IMG/VR virus record: IMGVR_UViG_3300024346_000014
Location: 61,650 to 125,649 of that record
Strand: one strand, 5' to 3'
Source: a virus
Lineage: Duplodnaviria > Caudoviricetes
DNA length: 64,000 nt
The notes below the pieces were generated by a model, which searched no databases, had not been told where the DNA came from, and saw nothing but the letters and a program-made list of their open reading frames with translations. Below are positions 42,949 through 51,987 of this stretch, one piece after another; within the stretch, counting starts at the first letter, position 1, and each line of letters begins with the position of its first letter. Both the position numbers and the translations under genes were made by a program.

Positions 42949-44682
42949 TTAATTTTTAATTTTAACCTCTAAGGGTCCCATTAGTAATATTTCAATGTTT
43001 TTAAGTCTTTTTTCTAATGCAGCAGTATCGTTATTTACACTTACGCTGCCTTGTTTTTCATTTTTAGAACCGCTTTGTGAAACAGGAGATTCGCTTGAAC
43101 TAGAAGAAGAAATATCGCCTGAATAAGAAGATTCTGGCATATTGTTTTCTTGAGAAGTAGTTGTTGCTTCCATAGTAGAAGAAAAATCATCTGATATGTT
43201 TTTTCCAACAGAATCTATATCCTTTTTTGTTATAGGATCAGGTTTTATTAAAGAAGATTTTTCAAAAGAACTAAAGTTAGAACTAGTCTGTAAGTCATTA
43301 GTCACATTTTTAACTTTATCTAAGCCTTTAGACAGGCCTGAGGGTACACCAGGTATATCATTTATTTGACTTATATTAGTTACATTAAGATCAGTACTAA
43401 CGTCCCCTAGAGCATCTCCAAGTTGTGTATTGGCTTGATTACTAATATCTCCAGTATTATTGACATTATTTATAGTAGATTCTTGCGAACTGTTTGTTAA
43501 AGTGTTAAGTTCATCTGTACTTAAACCCGTCATGCTACTTAAAAAGCTTGTTATAAAACTATCACCTTGGCTTTTTTTACCACCGCTATTGGCAACACCT
43601 TTAGAACCAGCTACCTGGTTATTTATAGAATTGTTGTTTTCAGTAGATGTATTATCGTTAACACTTTCACTCGTGTTAGTTATATTATTTACTACACTAG
43701 CTGATTGGTTATCTTGAATATCATTTTCACTAGAAGACTCTTCATCTAAAATATCCTGATTAGATTCAATAGAAATAGTGTCTTCGGTAACATTAGGTTT
43801 TTCTATTTCATCTTTACTTTCGCTAACTGTGTTTACAGTTGATGTTGCTGTTGTTTCTTCTTCCGGTTCAGCCGGTTCTTCTTCAACTTCTTTATTTATT
43901 GAAAGAGAAGCTAACGGATCTTTTTCTGGAATTTCTAAAGCATTTGATGTTTCTACTTCTATTTCAGAAAAGTCTTCATCCTGTTCGATGGGCTCAGCTA
44001 ACTCAGAAGATTCTTCTTCTTGGGTTTTATCCTCAGTTTCTTTATTTATGGGAGAAGTTTCTTCTGAATCATCGCTTTCAGATGATTCGGCATCTTCTGA
44101 AACCTTGCCGTCTACCATCTCTTTTAAAACCGCAAACGTAATGGGATTAGTTTTAAGCCCGCTAGGCCCATCTACTTCAACAGCGGCATACTCTATTAAC
44201 TCATCATATGTGTCCTGATCTTCAAAAGCTTTTATAGCACCTGCACCTAAGCTAGATGCTTTAGAAAGTCTACTCATTAGTGCCATATAAAGTTCACCTA
44301 AATACTCTTCAGGATCTCTAACATATAAATCAGCTTCTGCATATTCTAAATATTCCTCTGCTACTTTTAACCTGCTAGGTGCCCTATCTATCTTATTAAA
44401 TGCTTTAAGTTGCTTTGAATCATCTACAGATTCAAGCATACTAGAATAAGTCATTATATCAGCTTGAGAAAAGATTGGACCTTCGCCATTTTCTGGAAAA
44501 AGTCTTTCGAAGTCTTCTAGAAAACCAAGAGTTTTGAGCTCTTCTAAAAGAGGAGGTCTCAGCGCATTAAATGATTCAAGTTGGCCCTGTCTTTTTTCAA
44601 GGTTTTTAGCTGCTTTATCCAGTGATAATTGCGCCTTTTCCTTGTATAAAGAGATAAATGAGTTTAAATATTCGGAAGCCAT
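42949..44682 (-). CDS. low-complexity tail-associated (tape-measure-like) protein
   Basis: 577 aa, S/T/N/E-rich, downstream of hub/chaperone pair; GATAAATA at 44703-44710 (-). Confidence 0.5.
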   Translation of the reverse strand: MASEYLNSFISLYKEKAQLSLDKAAKNLEKRQGQLESFNALRPPLLEELKTLGFLEDFERLFPENGEGPIFSQADIMTYSSMLESVDDSKQLKAFNKIDRAPSRLKVAEEYLEYAEADLYVRDPEEYLGELYMALMSRLSKASSLGAGAIKAFEDQDTYDELIEYAAVEVDGPSGLKTNPITFAVLKEMVDGKVSEDAESSESDDSEETSPINKETEDKTQEEESSELAEPIEQDEDFSEIEVETSNALEIPEKDPLASLSINKEVEEEPAEPEEETTATSTVNTVSESKDEIEKPNVTEDTISIESNQDILDEESSSENDIQDNQSASVVNNITNTSESVNDNTSTENNNSINNQVAGSKGVANSGGKKSQGDSFITSFLSSMTGLSTDELNTLTNSSQESTINNVNNTGDISNQANTQLGDALGDVSTDLNVTNISQINDIPGVPSGLSKGLDKVKNVTNDLQTSSNFSSFEKSSLIKPDPITKKDIDSVGKNISDDFSSTMEATTTSQENNMPESSYSGDISSSSSSESPVSQSGSKNEKQGSVSVNNDTAALEKRLKNIEILLMGPLEVKIKN

Positions 44683-44705
44683 TGCACTACGCGTGTTTTT
44701 ATTAT

Positions 44706-45020
44706 TTATCTACCTTGTTTTAGATTATCGGGTATTCCAAGTTTAGTAGGTTTACTATTGTCAAAATGTATAGTATCAGTAGCTTTGGCATTTTCTTCGT
44801 TTTTCTTTATAATTTTTCTTTTTATAGAAGCGACTAGCATAGAATATTCTAAAAAGTCTAATTCATAAAGGGTATCAAAGCTTTGGTTAAGCTTCACCGC
44901 TAATTCCATGTTTATATCAAATAAGATCTCTAAGTCTAGTTGAAACAATGAAAATATCTTTTGCAGTGAAGCTTCCTCCCAAAAAAATTGAAGAAGCCAT
45001 TTTAGTACTACATTTTTCAC
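44706..45020 (-). CDS. baseplate-hub/tail chaperone partner (gp51-like), overlapping upstream gene
   Basis: LFQLDLEILFDIN..LA....S...L..L.F.EY; true start uncertain. Confidence 0.5.
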   Translation of the reverse strand: MKNVVLKWLLQFFWEEASLQKIFSLFQLDLEILFDINMELAVKLNQSFDTLYELDFLEYSMLVASIKRKIIKKNEENAKATDTIHFDNSKPTKLGIPDNLKQGR

Positions 45021-45918
45021 AAATTCCTAAGACTTTATTCTTTGAATTTTTTTCAAGCATTTCGCATGCTTTATGTAAAAAAATAAATTTATTTTCATGC
45101 CATCTAGAAGCTTGACTTCTTAAGTCTATAAGGTCGTTTGCTCCAAATTCTCTCCAATTAGGTACAAGGTACGGGGCTATTTTATTAAATGCTTTATCCT
45201 CACCTATACCTCTTCTTTTACAGAGAGCATTGTAATCATTCATTATTTTAGTAGTTCCAATAGTTGGAAGATATATTTTAAATGTTTCCATTAATTTTTC
45301 AGAAGCAATTACAAAACATTTTTCTTCTTGAGAGTACCATTCCATTAACTCTTCTGGAAAATCAAACCCTTTAAGGTTAGTGTCGCTTACTGGAACATGA
45401 TTAACATGACCACACTTTTTATTTGAACATTTAATATTTGCTTTTAAAGTGTTTTCGTTATTTGGAAAAGTCAACCTGTGTATTTTAAATAATATTTGAT
45501 ATTTATCAATCTCTAATATGTCATTAGAGTTTAAATTTTTAATTACACCTTTTACGTTTAATCTACAACAAGAGTCTGTTATAAATGCTATTTTATCGGA
45601 AACATCTATTGGATCATATTCATCTATAGTAGACCAATGACGTATTTCTTTTGTTTTGGCTGATTTTATTAAAATTTCAATATTATCGTCGTATAATAAA
45701 CCGTTAGAAGGTAGCGTATTAAGAGCCACTAATTTCCAACCAGATTCATTAGCCATTGTATCCACGGTTTTTGAAGTAGAAGCTTTTCCTAAACTAGTTT
45801 TCTTCTTAGGTTCTTCTGTTTGTTCTTCTGTTTGTTCTTCAGATTTATCATATTCTATTTCACTATTAGATTCAATGTGATTTAACGCATCTTTAAATGC
45901 TTCATCTTGATTGTTCAT
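44917..45918 (-). CDS. baseplate hub assembly protein (T4 gp26-like)
   Basis: LPSNGLLY...IKSAKTKE...DKYQILFKI..LTF, CSNKKC and CEKC; AAAC-N17-GTATAAT at 45950-45977. Confidence 0.7.
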   Translation of the reverse strand: MNNQDEAFKDALNHIESNSEIEYDKSEEQTEEQTEEPKKKTSLGKASTSKTVDTMANESGWKLVALNTLPSNGLLYDDNIEILIKSAKTKEIRHWSTIDEYDPIDVSDKIAFITDSCCRLNVKGVIKNLNSNDILEIDKYQILFKIHRLTFPNNENTLKANIKCSNKKCGHVNHVPVSDTNLKGFDFPEELMEWYSQEEKCFVIASEKLMETFKIYLPTIGTTKIMNDYNALCKRRGIGEDKAFNKIAPYLVPNWREFGANDLIDLRSQASRWHENKFIFLHKACEMLEKNSKNKVLGICEKCSTKMASSIFLGGSFTAKDIFIVSTRLRDLI

Positions 45919-46006
45919 ATTTAAGCGTTTTTTTATTATCTATAAAGATATTATACAAAAATGATTAGGTAAAGTTTTTGCTAAGATATATAAACATATA
46001 CATTAC

Positions 46007-46816
46007 ATGAAATATATTAGAAAAATATTTGAAGAAAGTAAACCGCTTTCTAATGCTTGGAAAACAAATTGTATTAAGTTTTTAAAAAGAGGAGATACAG
46101 TAGATTCAGGAGAATTATCTAAGATGGGTAAAAGAGATGTTATATTGAAACATTTTCCAATGGCAGATCCTAATTTTAGTAACTTTAAACCATCCGATGT
46201 TGGTAGATATTTACAAAACAATCCTGGGCTAATGGAATCTGTTAAAAACAATACTAATATATTATTAAGTAAAAAAACTCCTAAAACTGTTGTTAGTAAT
46301 AGACATAGTAAGAAAGTAAACGTGGCAGGCTTCGACGCTGGTTATCTAAATATAGATTATAAAGCTATTTTAACAAAGGCTAAGCTTTTATCCTTTGGAG
46401 AAAAAAACGTAAAAGGAGAAGCTAATTTTAAAATTTCATGTTCTATACCGGACGGTGTATTCGATGGAGCATCATTAAGTATTAATGTAAATGCTAAATT
46501 TGTAGCAAACTATACTATTTCCTTGAATGATAAAGAAGCAGTGATTAATATAGTTCCAAAATCTATCGTTCTAAATAGCCCTTCTTATAAAATAGGAGCA
46601 AGAGTCAGAATACAAATAGTTAATAATAAGGTAAAGATTCATTGGGGAACCTATATGAACAACCCTTTAGGAAGCAGTGTCATCTATACTATAAAACCCT
46701 TAAGTGAATTGAAAAAAGTGGCAGGTTCGGATATAAGTTTTGTAATCCCTAGAGAATCGTTAAGAATATCAACAGTTCCTTTAAACGCTGATCAAATTAA
46801 AAAAGTAATAGGCTAA
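46007..46816 (+). CDS. hypothetical protein, putative capsid-internal
   Basis: MKYIRKIFEES leader; GATATATA at 45985-45992. Confidence 0.7.
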   Translation: MKYIRKIFEESKPLSNAWKTNCIKFLKRGDTVDSGELSKMGKRDVILKHFPMADPNFSNFKPSDVGRYLQNNPGLMESVKNNTNILLSKKTPKTVVSNRHSKKVNVAGFDAGYLNIDYKAILTKAKLLSFGEKNVKGEANFKISCSIPDGVFDGASLSINVNAKFVANYTISLNDKEAVINIVPKSIVLNSPSYKIGARVRIQIVNNKVKIHWGTYMNNPLGSSVIYTIKPLSELKKVAGSDISFVIPRESLRISTVPLNADQIKKVIG

Positions 46817-47310
46817 ATATTAGATATAAAAGATTCGAAATCAGGTATTAATCTAGAATAAGTAGGTGTGTATTTTGAATTTTCCATTAAACGTTCCATT
46901 GTATCTGGATACACTTCTTTAGTCTTTAATGTAGACGGATCTTTTACAAAAGCTCTAATTTGTTCGTTTTTATAATCTACTTTAATCTTATCAAATTTTC
47001 CTACTACTTGAGTTCCATCTTCATTCCTATCGCTTAGCATAGAATTCATCTCAATACCTCTTATTCTATCTCCCGGTTTAAACATATTATTAATAGTATT
47101 TACATACTGTCTAAAATCAGTTACACCTACATCTGCGTTTCTAGATAGATCGCTAAGAGGAAGTATTTTAATAGATATACCTGGCGTAAACTGGCTTCTA
47201 CCCATTACAAAATTAAAGTCTCCCTTTTCTCCGTAAAAAGGTAAACCTTTTGAGAAGTTTCTGTGCTGTGCAGCAGTCATCACTATGTTATTTTCGTATA
47301 TAAAGTCCAT
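46813..47310 (-). CDS. hypothetical virion protein (SH3-like)
   Basis: FKPGDRIRG...; C-terminal LIPDFESF. Confidence 0.7.
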   Translation of the reverse strand: MDFIYENNIVMTAAQHRNFSKGLPFYGEKGDFNFVMGRSQFTPGISIKILPLSDLSRNADVGVTDFRQYVNTINNMFKPGDRIRGIEMNSMLSDRNEDGTQVVGKFDKIKVDYKNEQIRAFVKDPSTLKTKEVYPDTMERLMENSKYTPTYSRLIPDFESFISNI

Positions 47311-48293
47311 TAGTAATTAATAGGATGTTTTATTTTTTTATATCCAGTTATATTGTAAAACTGACGTGTATCTACTCCTTCACCGTTGATATCAACAAAT
47401 TGAAGCTGTTTTAAATATATATCTAGAATAGGATGCTCTAAAAGGTATGTTAGTGGAAATATTGGAGCATCTTCGCCTTCATTACTTATTCCCCATATTT
47501 TTATACCCGTTATGCCGTCAGTTGATAAGTCGGATATGTTATCGAAGGAAACTCGATAGACGGGAGAGTAAGTAACTCCATGCTGTATAGTTGATCCCGT
47601 TTGCCAGTACCCAATTGAAGTACTTTCTCCTCGTTTATCCGTGCTTATCCATGTTGGAATATAATCTATGGTATCTATTCTTTCAATAGAACTATTAGAA
47701 TTTTTAGGAGTAGGAACAGCGTTGCTTAAGAAGTCATCTCCAGATTTATCAGTTTGATAGCCATTTCCTTGTCCTTCTACATATCCCGAAGAATTACTTT
47801 TTCTTTTTAAAGATCGCCCAGCCGATACATCAATAGCAAAGCTAGTCCCAGGGTTTCCAGTATTATCAGGTAAGTTATTAGTATTAGGAGAATCATATAA
47901 TAATGTATCTACTATTTGATCAGATGAATCTAATATTCTAATACCATCAGTTGAGGATCCTCCGTTTTGAAAGTCCATTGCTCCTGTTACAAAATCTGCA
48001 TTGATTCCGGAACCTGTTAAAGTCTCTGCTATTAAAAAATAAGAATAGGGTTTTATTGAATTATTAGAAGATATGATACTTTGAGTATTAAAAGAAGATC
48101 CGGCAGTTTGAACTTTATAATTAGATATATCAACTGTTGTGTTAGTTGGGTTGTATAAAACTATCCATTCTAAATTAGTATCAGTACCTACTGCATCATA
48201 TAATACTTCCGCAATAACTAAATTAGAAGAAGTACCCTGGTTCGCAGGGATTGGGTTTAAACTAATTAACTCAGAGGCAGATTTGCTTATCAT
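47310..48293 (-). CDS. virion protein with inserted lamin-tail (LTD) domain; paralog of 48309-48746
   Basis: LVIAEVLYD..G.D...EWIVLYNPT...VDISNY...DGIRILD....IVD...PTP; shared DYIPTWISTDKRG. Confidence 0.75.
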   Translation of the reverse strand: MISKSASELISLNPIPANQGTSSNLVIAEVLYDAVGTDTNLEWIVLYNPTNTTVDISNYKVQTAGSSFNTQSIISSNNSIKPYSYFLIAETLTGSGINADFVTGAMDFQNGGSSTDGIRILDSSDQIVDTLLYDSPNTNNLPDNTGNPGTSFAIDVSAGRSLKRKSNSSGYVEGQGNGYQTDKSGDDFLSNAVPTPKNSNSSIERIDTIDYIPTWISTDKRGESTSIGYWQTGSTIQHGVTYSPVYRVSFDNISDLSTDGITGIKIWGISNEGEDAPIFPLTYLLEHPILDIYLKQLQFVDINGEGVDTRQFYNITGYKKIKHPINY

Positions 48294-48308
48294 ATTATTA
48301 ATCTTATT

Positions 48309-48746
48309 TTAATAGCTGATAGGCATTGACTTTTTCTTACAGCCTATGATAGAATAAGTTCCTCCAGGAACTACCACATTTCCCGTTGCGTCTGTAAATT
48401 CAAATTTATTTAAGTAAATATCAAGAACAGGATTACCATGATTAGGCGCTACTGATCCTTTAAAAAAGTTTATTGGAAAAATAGCGGCATCGTCAGTGGT
48501 ATTACTTATTCCCCATACTTTTACATGAGTCGCAGTGACTAATGATAAATCAGCAAATATAACCTTGTACACTGGAGAATATGTGAGACCTTGTTGGTTT
48601 GTTGAACCTATCTGCCAATAGCCAATCGATGTACTGTGACCTCTTTTATCTGTGCTTATCCAGGTTGGGATATAATCAACATTTGCTCCTCCTGAACTAT
48701 AGTGTTCTAATTGTATTAATTCTGTTGCGCTTTCTATAGATACCAT
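48309..48746 (-). CDS. small virion protein
   Basis: DYIPTWISTDKRGHSTSIGYWQ..., paralog of neighbour. Confidence 0.75.
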   Translation of the reverse strand: MVSIESATELIQLEHYSSGGANVDYIPTWISTDKRGHSTSIGYWQIGSTNQQGLTYSPVYKVIFADLSLVTATHVKVWGISNTTDDAAIFPINFFKGSVAPNHGNPVLDIYLNKFEFTDATGNVVVPGGTYSIIGCKKKSMPISY

Positions 48747-48761
48747 TTACTTAATATTTTT

Positions 48762-49322
48762 TTATAACGTACTTGTTTTAGTATAGATTAAAAGAGCGTC
48801 TACTTTAAAGCTATATCTAGTACTAGGGTTACTAATAACTATTTTATTTATAAAATCAGAAGGGTCATTAGTAACAGGGTTAGTAAAGATACTAAAGAAA
48901 TTATATAAAGGGTACGTAGATTCTTTACCAGATGCATCTGTAATAGTTATATATGACTTTTTATATTTCAAAGGCACTTCTTCTAAATTTTCATCTTCAT
49001 GTTCATACATTACTTTTAATACAATACCTCTTACGTAAGAAATATTAGGATCTAAATCTTCAGAAGGAGATGCTAGTATTATTTTATTATCAAATAAAGT
49101 TAACGAATTCCACTCAGCTCCAACTTCAGCTTTAGGTATTTCAAGTTGCATGCACTGTTTTCCATCTACTGGATATGCAAAATCATCTAAGCATATTTTA
49201 CCTATTGTTTTTTCACAATCTCCTATTGCAAAACAACTATCCTTTAATGTAAGTAAAGCCTTAGTTGCAACAGTTGAACATGCACATAAACCATTGACAC
49301 AATCTCCTTTACAGTTACCCAT
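48762..49322 (-). CDS. hypothetical protein with Cys-rich N-terminus
   Basis: 186 aa. Confidence 0.7.
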   Translation of the reverse strand: MGNCKGDCVNGLCACSTVATKALLTLKDSCFAIGDCEKTIGKICLDDFAYPVDGKQCMQLEIPKAEVGAEWNSLTLFDNKIILASPSEDLDPNISYVRGIVLKVMYEHEDENLEEVPLKYKKSYITITDASGKESTYPLYNFFSIFTNPVTNDPSDFINKIVISNPSTRYSFKVDALLIYTKTSTL

Positions 49323-49333
49323 TAGTTACTATT

Positions 49334-50062
49334 TTATTTTCCCCAATTCTTTTGAGGACGTTCATCTGATTTTTTATGAGTACCTTTAGATACTTTTAAA
49401 TCATGATCCGTTTTATTTATATATCTGTTTGGATCCGATACATTGCTAGTTTCAAATAAAGTATCTTCATATTGTTTTTTAGATGAAACTTTTTCTGTAA
49501 CTTCAGCATGCAAATTGGAGCCAGACGCTAGATCTGTGGTTTCATCGGGTTCTGATTCTTCTGTTTTAGACAGATTTGATTCTTCGTCTATTAAATTGTC
49601 TTTATCTTGAATGTTTTCATTAAATTGTATATAGAAATGCAAAGAGGTAAGAGACATTATAGGTAAAGTACCGCCCTGTATAAGAGCTAAAAGTCTCCTA
49701 TGATCTAGTAATTCCCAATCCTCAAACCAGGGAGAAACTAATTCAACCCATGATAGAAAACCAGATTCATTTAACGATATTTCCTTAAACTCATAAAACA
49801 CATTTCCAATGATTTGAATTAATGTAACCATTATAAACAAAAACCATATGCTTCCTTTGCTAATCTTAATAGACGCAGCAGATACTGACGCAAGCGCAAA
49901 AATTTCTATAGCAACCGATAGATAAATGGCCCATGATAAAGGATTACCTATGTCATACCAACTTACGACATGACTAATAGACATTATAACTACAAGTAAT
50001 ATAGGTAGTAAAAAGGAATTTCTAATTAACGTAATTTTATTATTTTTAATCCATTCAATCAT
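49334..50062 (-). CDS. 4-TM membrane protein
   Basis: ISHVVSWY..GNP..WAIYLSVAIE; acidic soluble tail. Confidence 0.75.
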   Translation of the reverse strand: MIEWIKNNKITLIRNSFLLPILLVVIMSISHVVSWYDIGNPLSWAIYLSVAIEIFALASVSAASIKISKGSIWFLFIMVTLIQIIGNVFYEFKEISLNESGFLSWVELVSPWFEDWELLDHRRLLALIQGGTLPIMSLTSLHFYIQFNENIQDKDNLIDEESNLSKTEESEPDETTDLASGSNLHAEVTEKVSSKKQYEDTLFETSNVSDPNRYINKTDHDLKVSKGTHKKSDERPQKNWGK

Positions 50063-50378
50063 TTAATTCTATCTTATTTTTTATTTCAGATAGGCTTGTT
50101 TTTCCTTTATCTAAATCATCTTCATATATCAAATAGTCTAACATTACACTTTCCATAATATTTGTTACTTCTTTTTTAGTAGCAGATGACCCCTTAAGAT
50201 TTCCTATTTCAGTAGTTAAAGAGTCTACTGAGTTTATCAATTCAAGATTAGTTTTATCTATTTTAGAATTAACTTTAGATATTTTTTTACTAGTACAGCC
50301 TTTGCCTAAATATAACATTACAAATAAAATAGTTAGTATTTGCCAAATCCATTTAGAAACAATTTCCTTAATTTTCAT
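50055..50378 (-). CDS. single-TM coiled-coil protein
   Basis: N-terminal TM ending GKGC, then coiled coil. Confidence 0.7.
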   Translation of the reverse strand: MKIKEIVSKWIWQILTILFVMLYLGKGCTSKKISKVNSKIDKTNLELINSVDSLTTEIGNLKGSSATKKEVTNIMESVMLDYLIYEDDLDKGKTSLSEIKNKIELND

Positions 50379-50395
50379 ATTAATATTATTTATTT

Positions 50396-50920
50396 TTATT
50401 TATTAAAAAAAGAGATCACGTATTCATAGATAAAATTGTAAGGAAGCATAAAAAGAATTAATGTCCATAATATTATATGAAAAAATGTTCTTAGAAAATT
50501 ATATAATGAAGCGTTTTTCCAATTAAAGGATATTTCTACCATATATCCATAGAAATCGCTATCTTTTACCCTAACAGCTTTGGTTTTTATTAATTCTATT
50601 ATGTCAGCTTTAATAAAAATATCATTATGTTTAGAAATTTCTCTACTGATAAAGCTTAATTCTAGTTTTTCAAGTTCTTTTTTTTGATCTTCTTCTAATT
50701 CTTCGTATGGTTTATTAACTAGTGATAGAGTTTCTGCTTTCAAATTAATAGCTTTTACATAAGAAAACCAAGAGTACTTAAATATTTTATTACTAACGAG
50801 TTCACTTTCTATTTTCTTTAACTTTCTTATGTAGAATATAAACAGATAGAATTCTTTAATCATGTATATGATTCTACGTATTATATTAATCGGACTTATG
50901 CTTATTATTATATTTTTCAT
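50396..50920 (-). CDS. membrane-anchored hypothetical protein
   Basis: C-terminal TM. Confidence 0.7.
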   Translation of the reverse strand: MKNIIISISPINIIRRIIYMIKEFYLFIFYIRKLKKIESELVSNKIFKYSWFSYVKAINLKAETLSLVNKPYEELEEDQKKELEKLELSFISREISKHNDIFIKADIIELIKTKAVRVKDSDFYGYMVEISFNWKNASLYNFLRTFFHIILWTLILFMLPYNFIYEYVISFFNK

Positions 50921-51582
50921 TTTGATTTTATTTTAAAGTCAGGTAAAGAATCTGATAATTTTCTGTTTACGTCTGGATCTTTTTTAATTACTGATTTTCT
51001 TATTTCGAACCTAGCTTTTCTAAGTTTGGTCTTTACTGTGTTTTCTGGCATATCATATTTTAAAGCTATTTCTTTAACCTTTGTATTGTTTACCATTTTA
51101 TCAATAGCTATGTTCTTTAGAAGTTCATCTTCTAAATTAAATATTTCATTTATAGTTCTATTAAAGATTTCAGTAACTTCGTTTTGACTATTCACTTTGT
51201 CAGTTACCGATAGAGAATCGTTATAATTATTGTCTTCATATAAGGAAGATATTTCAATGTATCTTGGGATATCTTTATATTTTCTATCTAAGTAATACAA
51301 AGTTTCATTTCTAGCTATTGTAAAAGCCCATGTGGTAAATCTACCTGAACCTGGATTGTATTTTTCCATGTTATTGAATATCTTTACTAGAGTAAAATGA
51401 AGAGCTTCTTCTGTATCTAAGTCGTTTTTGCAAAATTTCCAAATGTGATATTTTAATTTTGGGTATACTAGTTCGGCTATTTCTTCATATTCCCTATTAG
51501 TATGTTCTTTTCTATATATTAGTACAGCTATTTCTTGTATTCGGTTGTTTATTTTTTTATTGATCTCATCAAAAGCAGGCAT
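50917..51582 (-). CDS. RNA polymerase sigma-70 family factor (ECF-like)
   Basis: Region 2 KYNPGSGRFTTWAFTIARNE; region 4 KEIALKYDMPENTVKTKLRKAR. Confidence 0.88.
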   Translation of the reverse strand: MPAFDEINKKINNRIQEIAVLIYRKEHTNREYEEIAELVYPKLKYHIWKFCKNDLDTEEALHFTLVKIFNNMEKYNPGSGRFTTWAFTIARNETLYYLDRKYKDIPRYIEISSLYEDNNYNDSLSVTDKVNSQNEVTEIFNRTINEIFNLEDELLKNIAIDKMVNNTKVKEIALKYDMPENTVKTKLRKARFEIRKSVIKKDPDVNRKLSDSLPDFKIKSK

Positions 51583-51631
51583 ATTTATGTTTATTTTTGT
51601 TGTTGTTGTTATGTTAGGTAAAAAGTATTAT

Positions 51632-51934
51632 TTACTGTTTAAGAAGTTCATTAATGATGTTTAGACATCGTTGGCATTTTTCATATTCTTCGATTTCAGG
51701 TTTTTTAAAATAATTAATTGCTTTTTCAAGACCTTTGACCCAATCTTCTCTAGCTAACGTTATATGTGTTGTATCTTCGGTAGCGTTTATTTGTAGAATA
51801 TCAACTGCGAGTGAAGTTTTATTTAGATATTCTTTTTCTATAGAGTCTAGAAGAGCCGTGTAAACAACATCTTTATTTTGTACTAAGAAATCTCCTAGGG
51901 TTTCATCTAATTCTGATAAAATTATTTCTTTCAT
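51632..51934 (-). CDS. hypothetical protein (UVR-like C-terminus)
   Basis: LEKAINYF....EEYEKC. Confidence 0.7.
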   Translation of the reverse strand: MKEIILSELDETLGDFLVQNKDVVYTALLDSIEKEYLNKTSLAVDILQINATEDTTHITLAREDWVKGLEKAINYFKKPEIEEYEKCQRCLNIINELLKQ

Positions 51935-51987
51935 GTGGGTTTATTTTTAATTATGTTTAAATATAAGAATATTATACTTAATTAACG

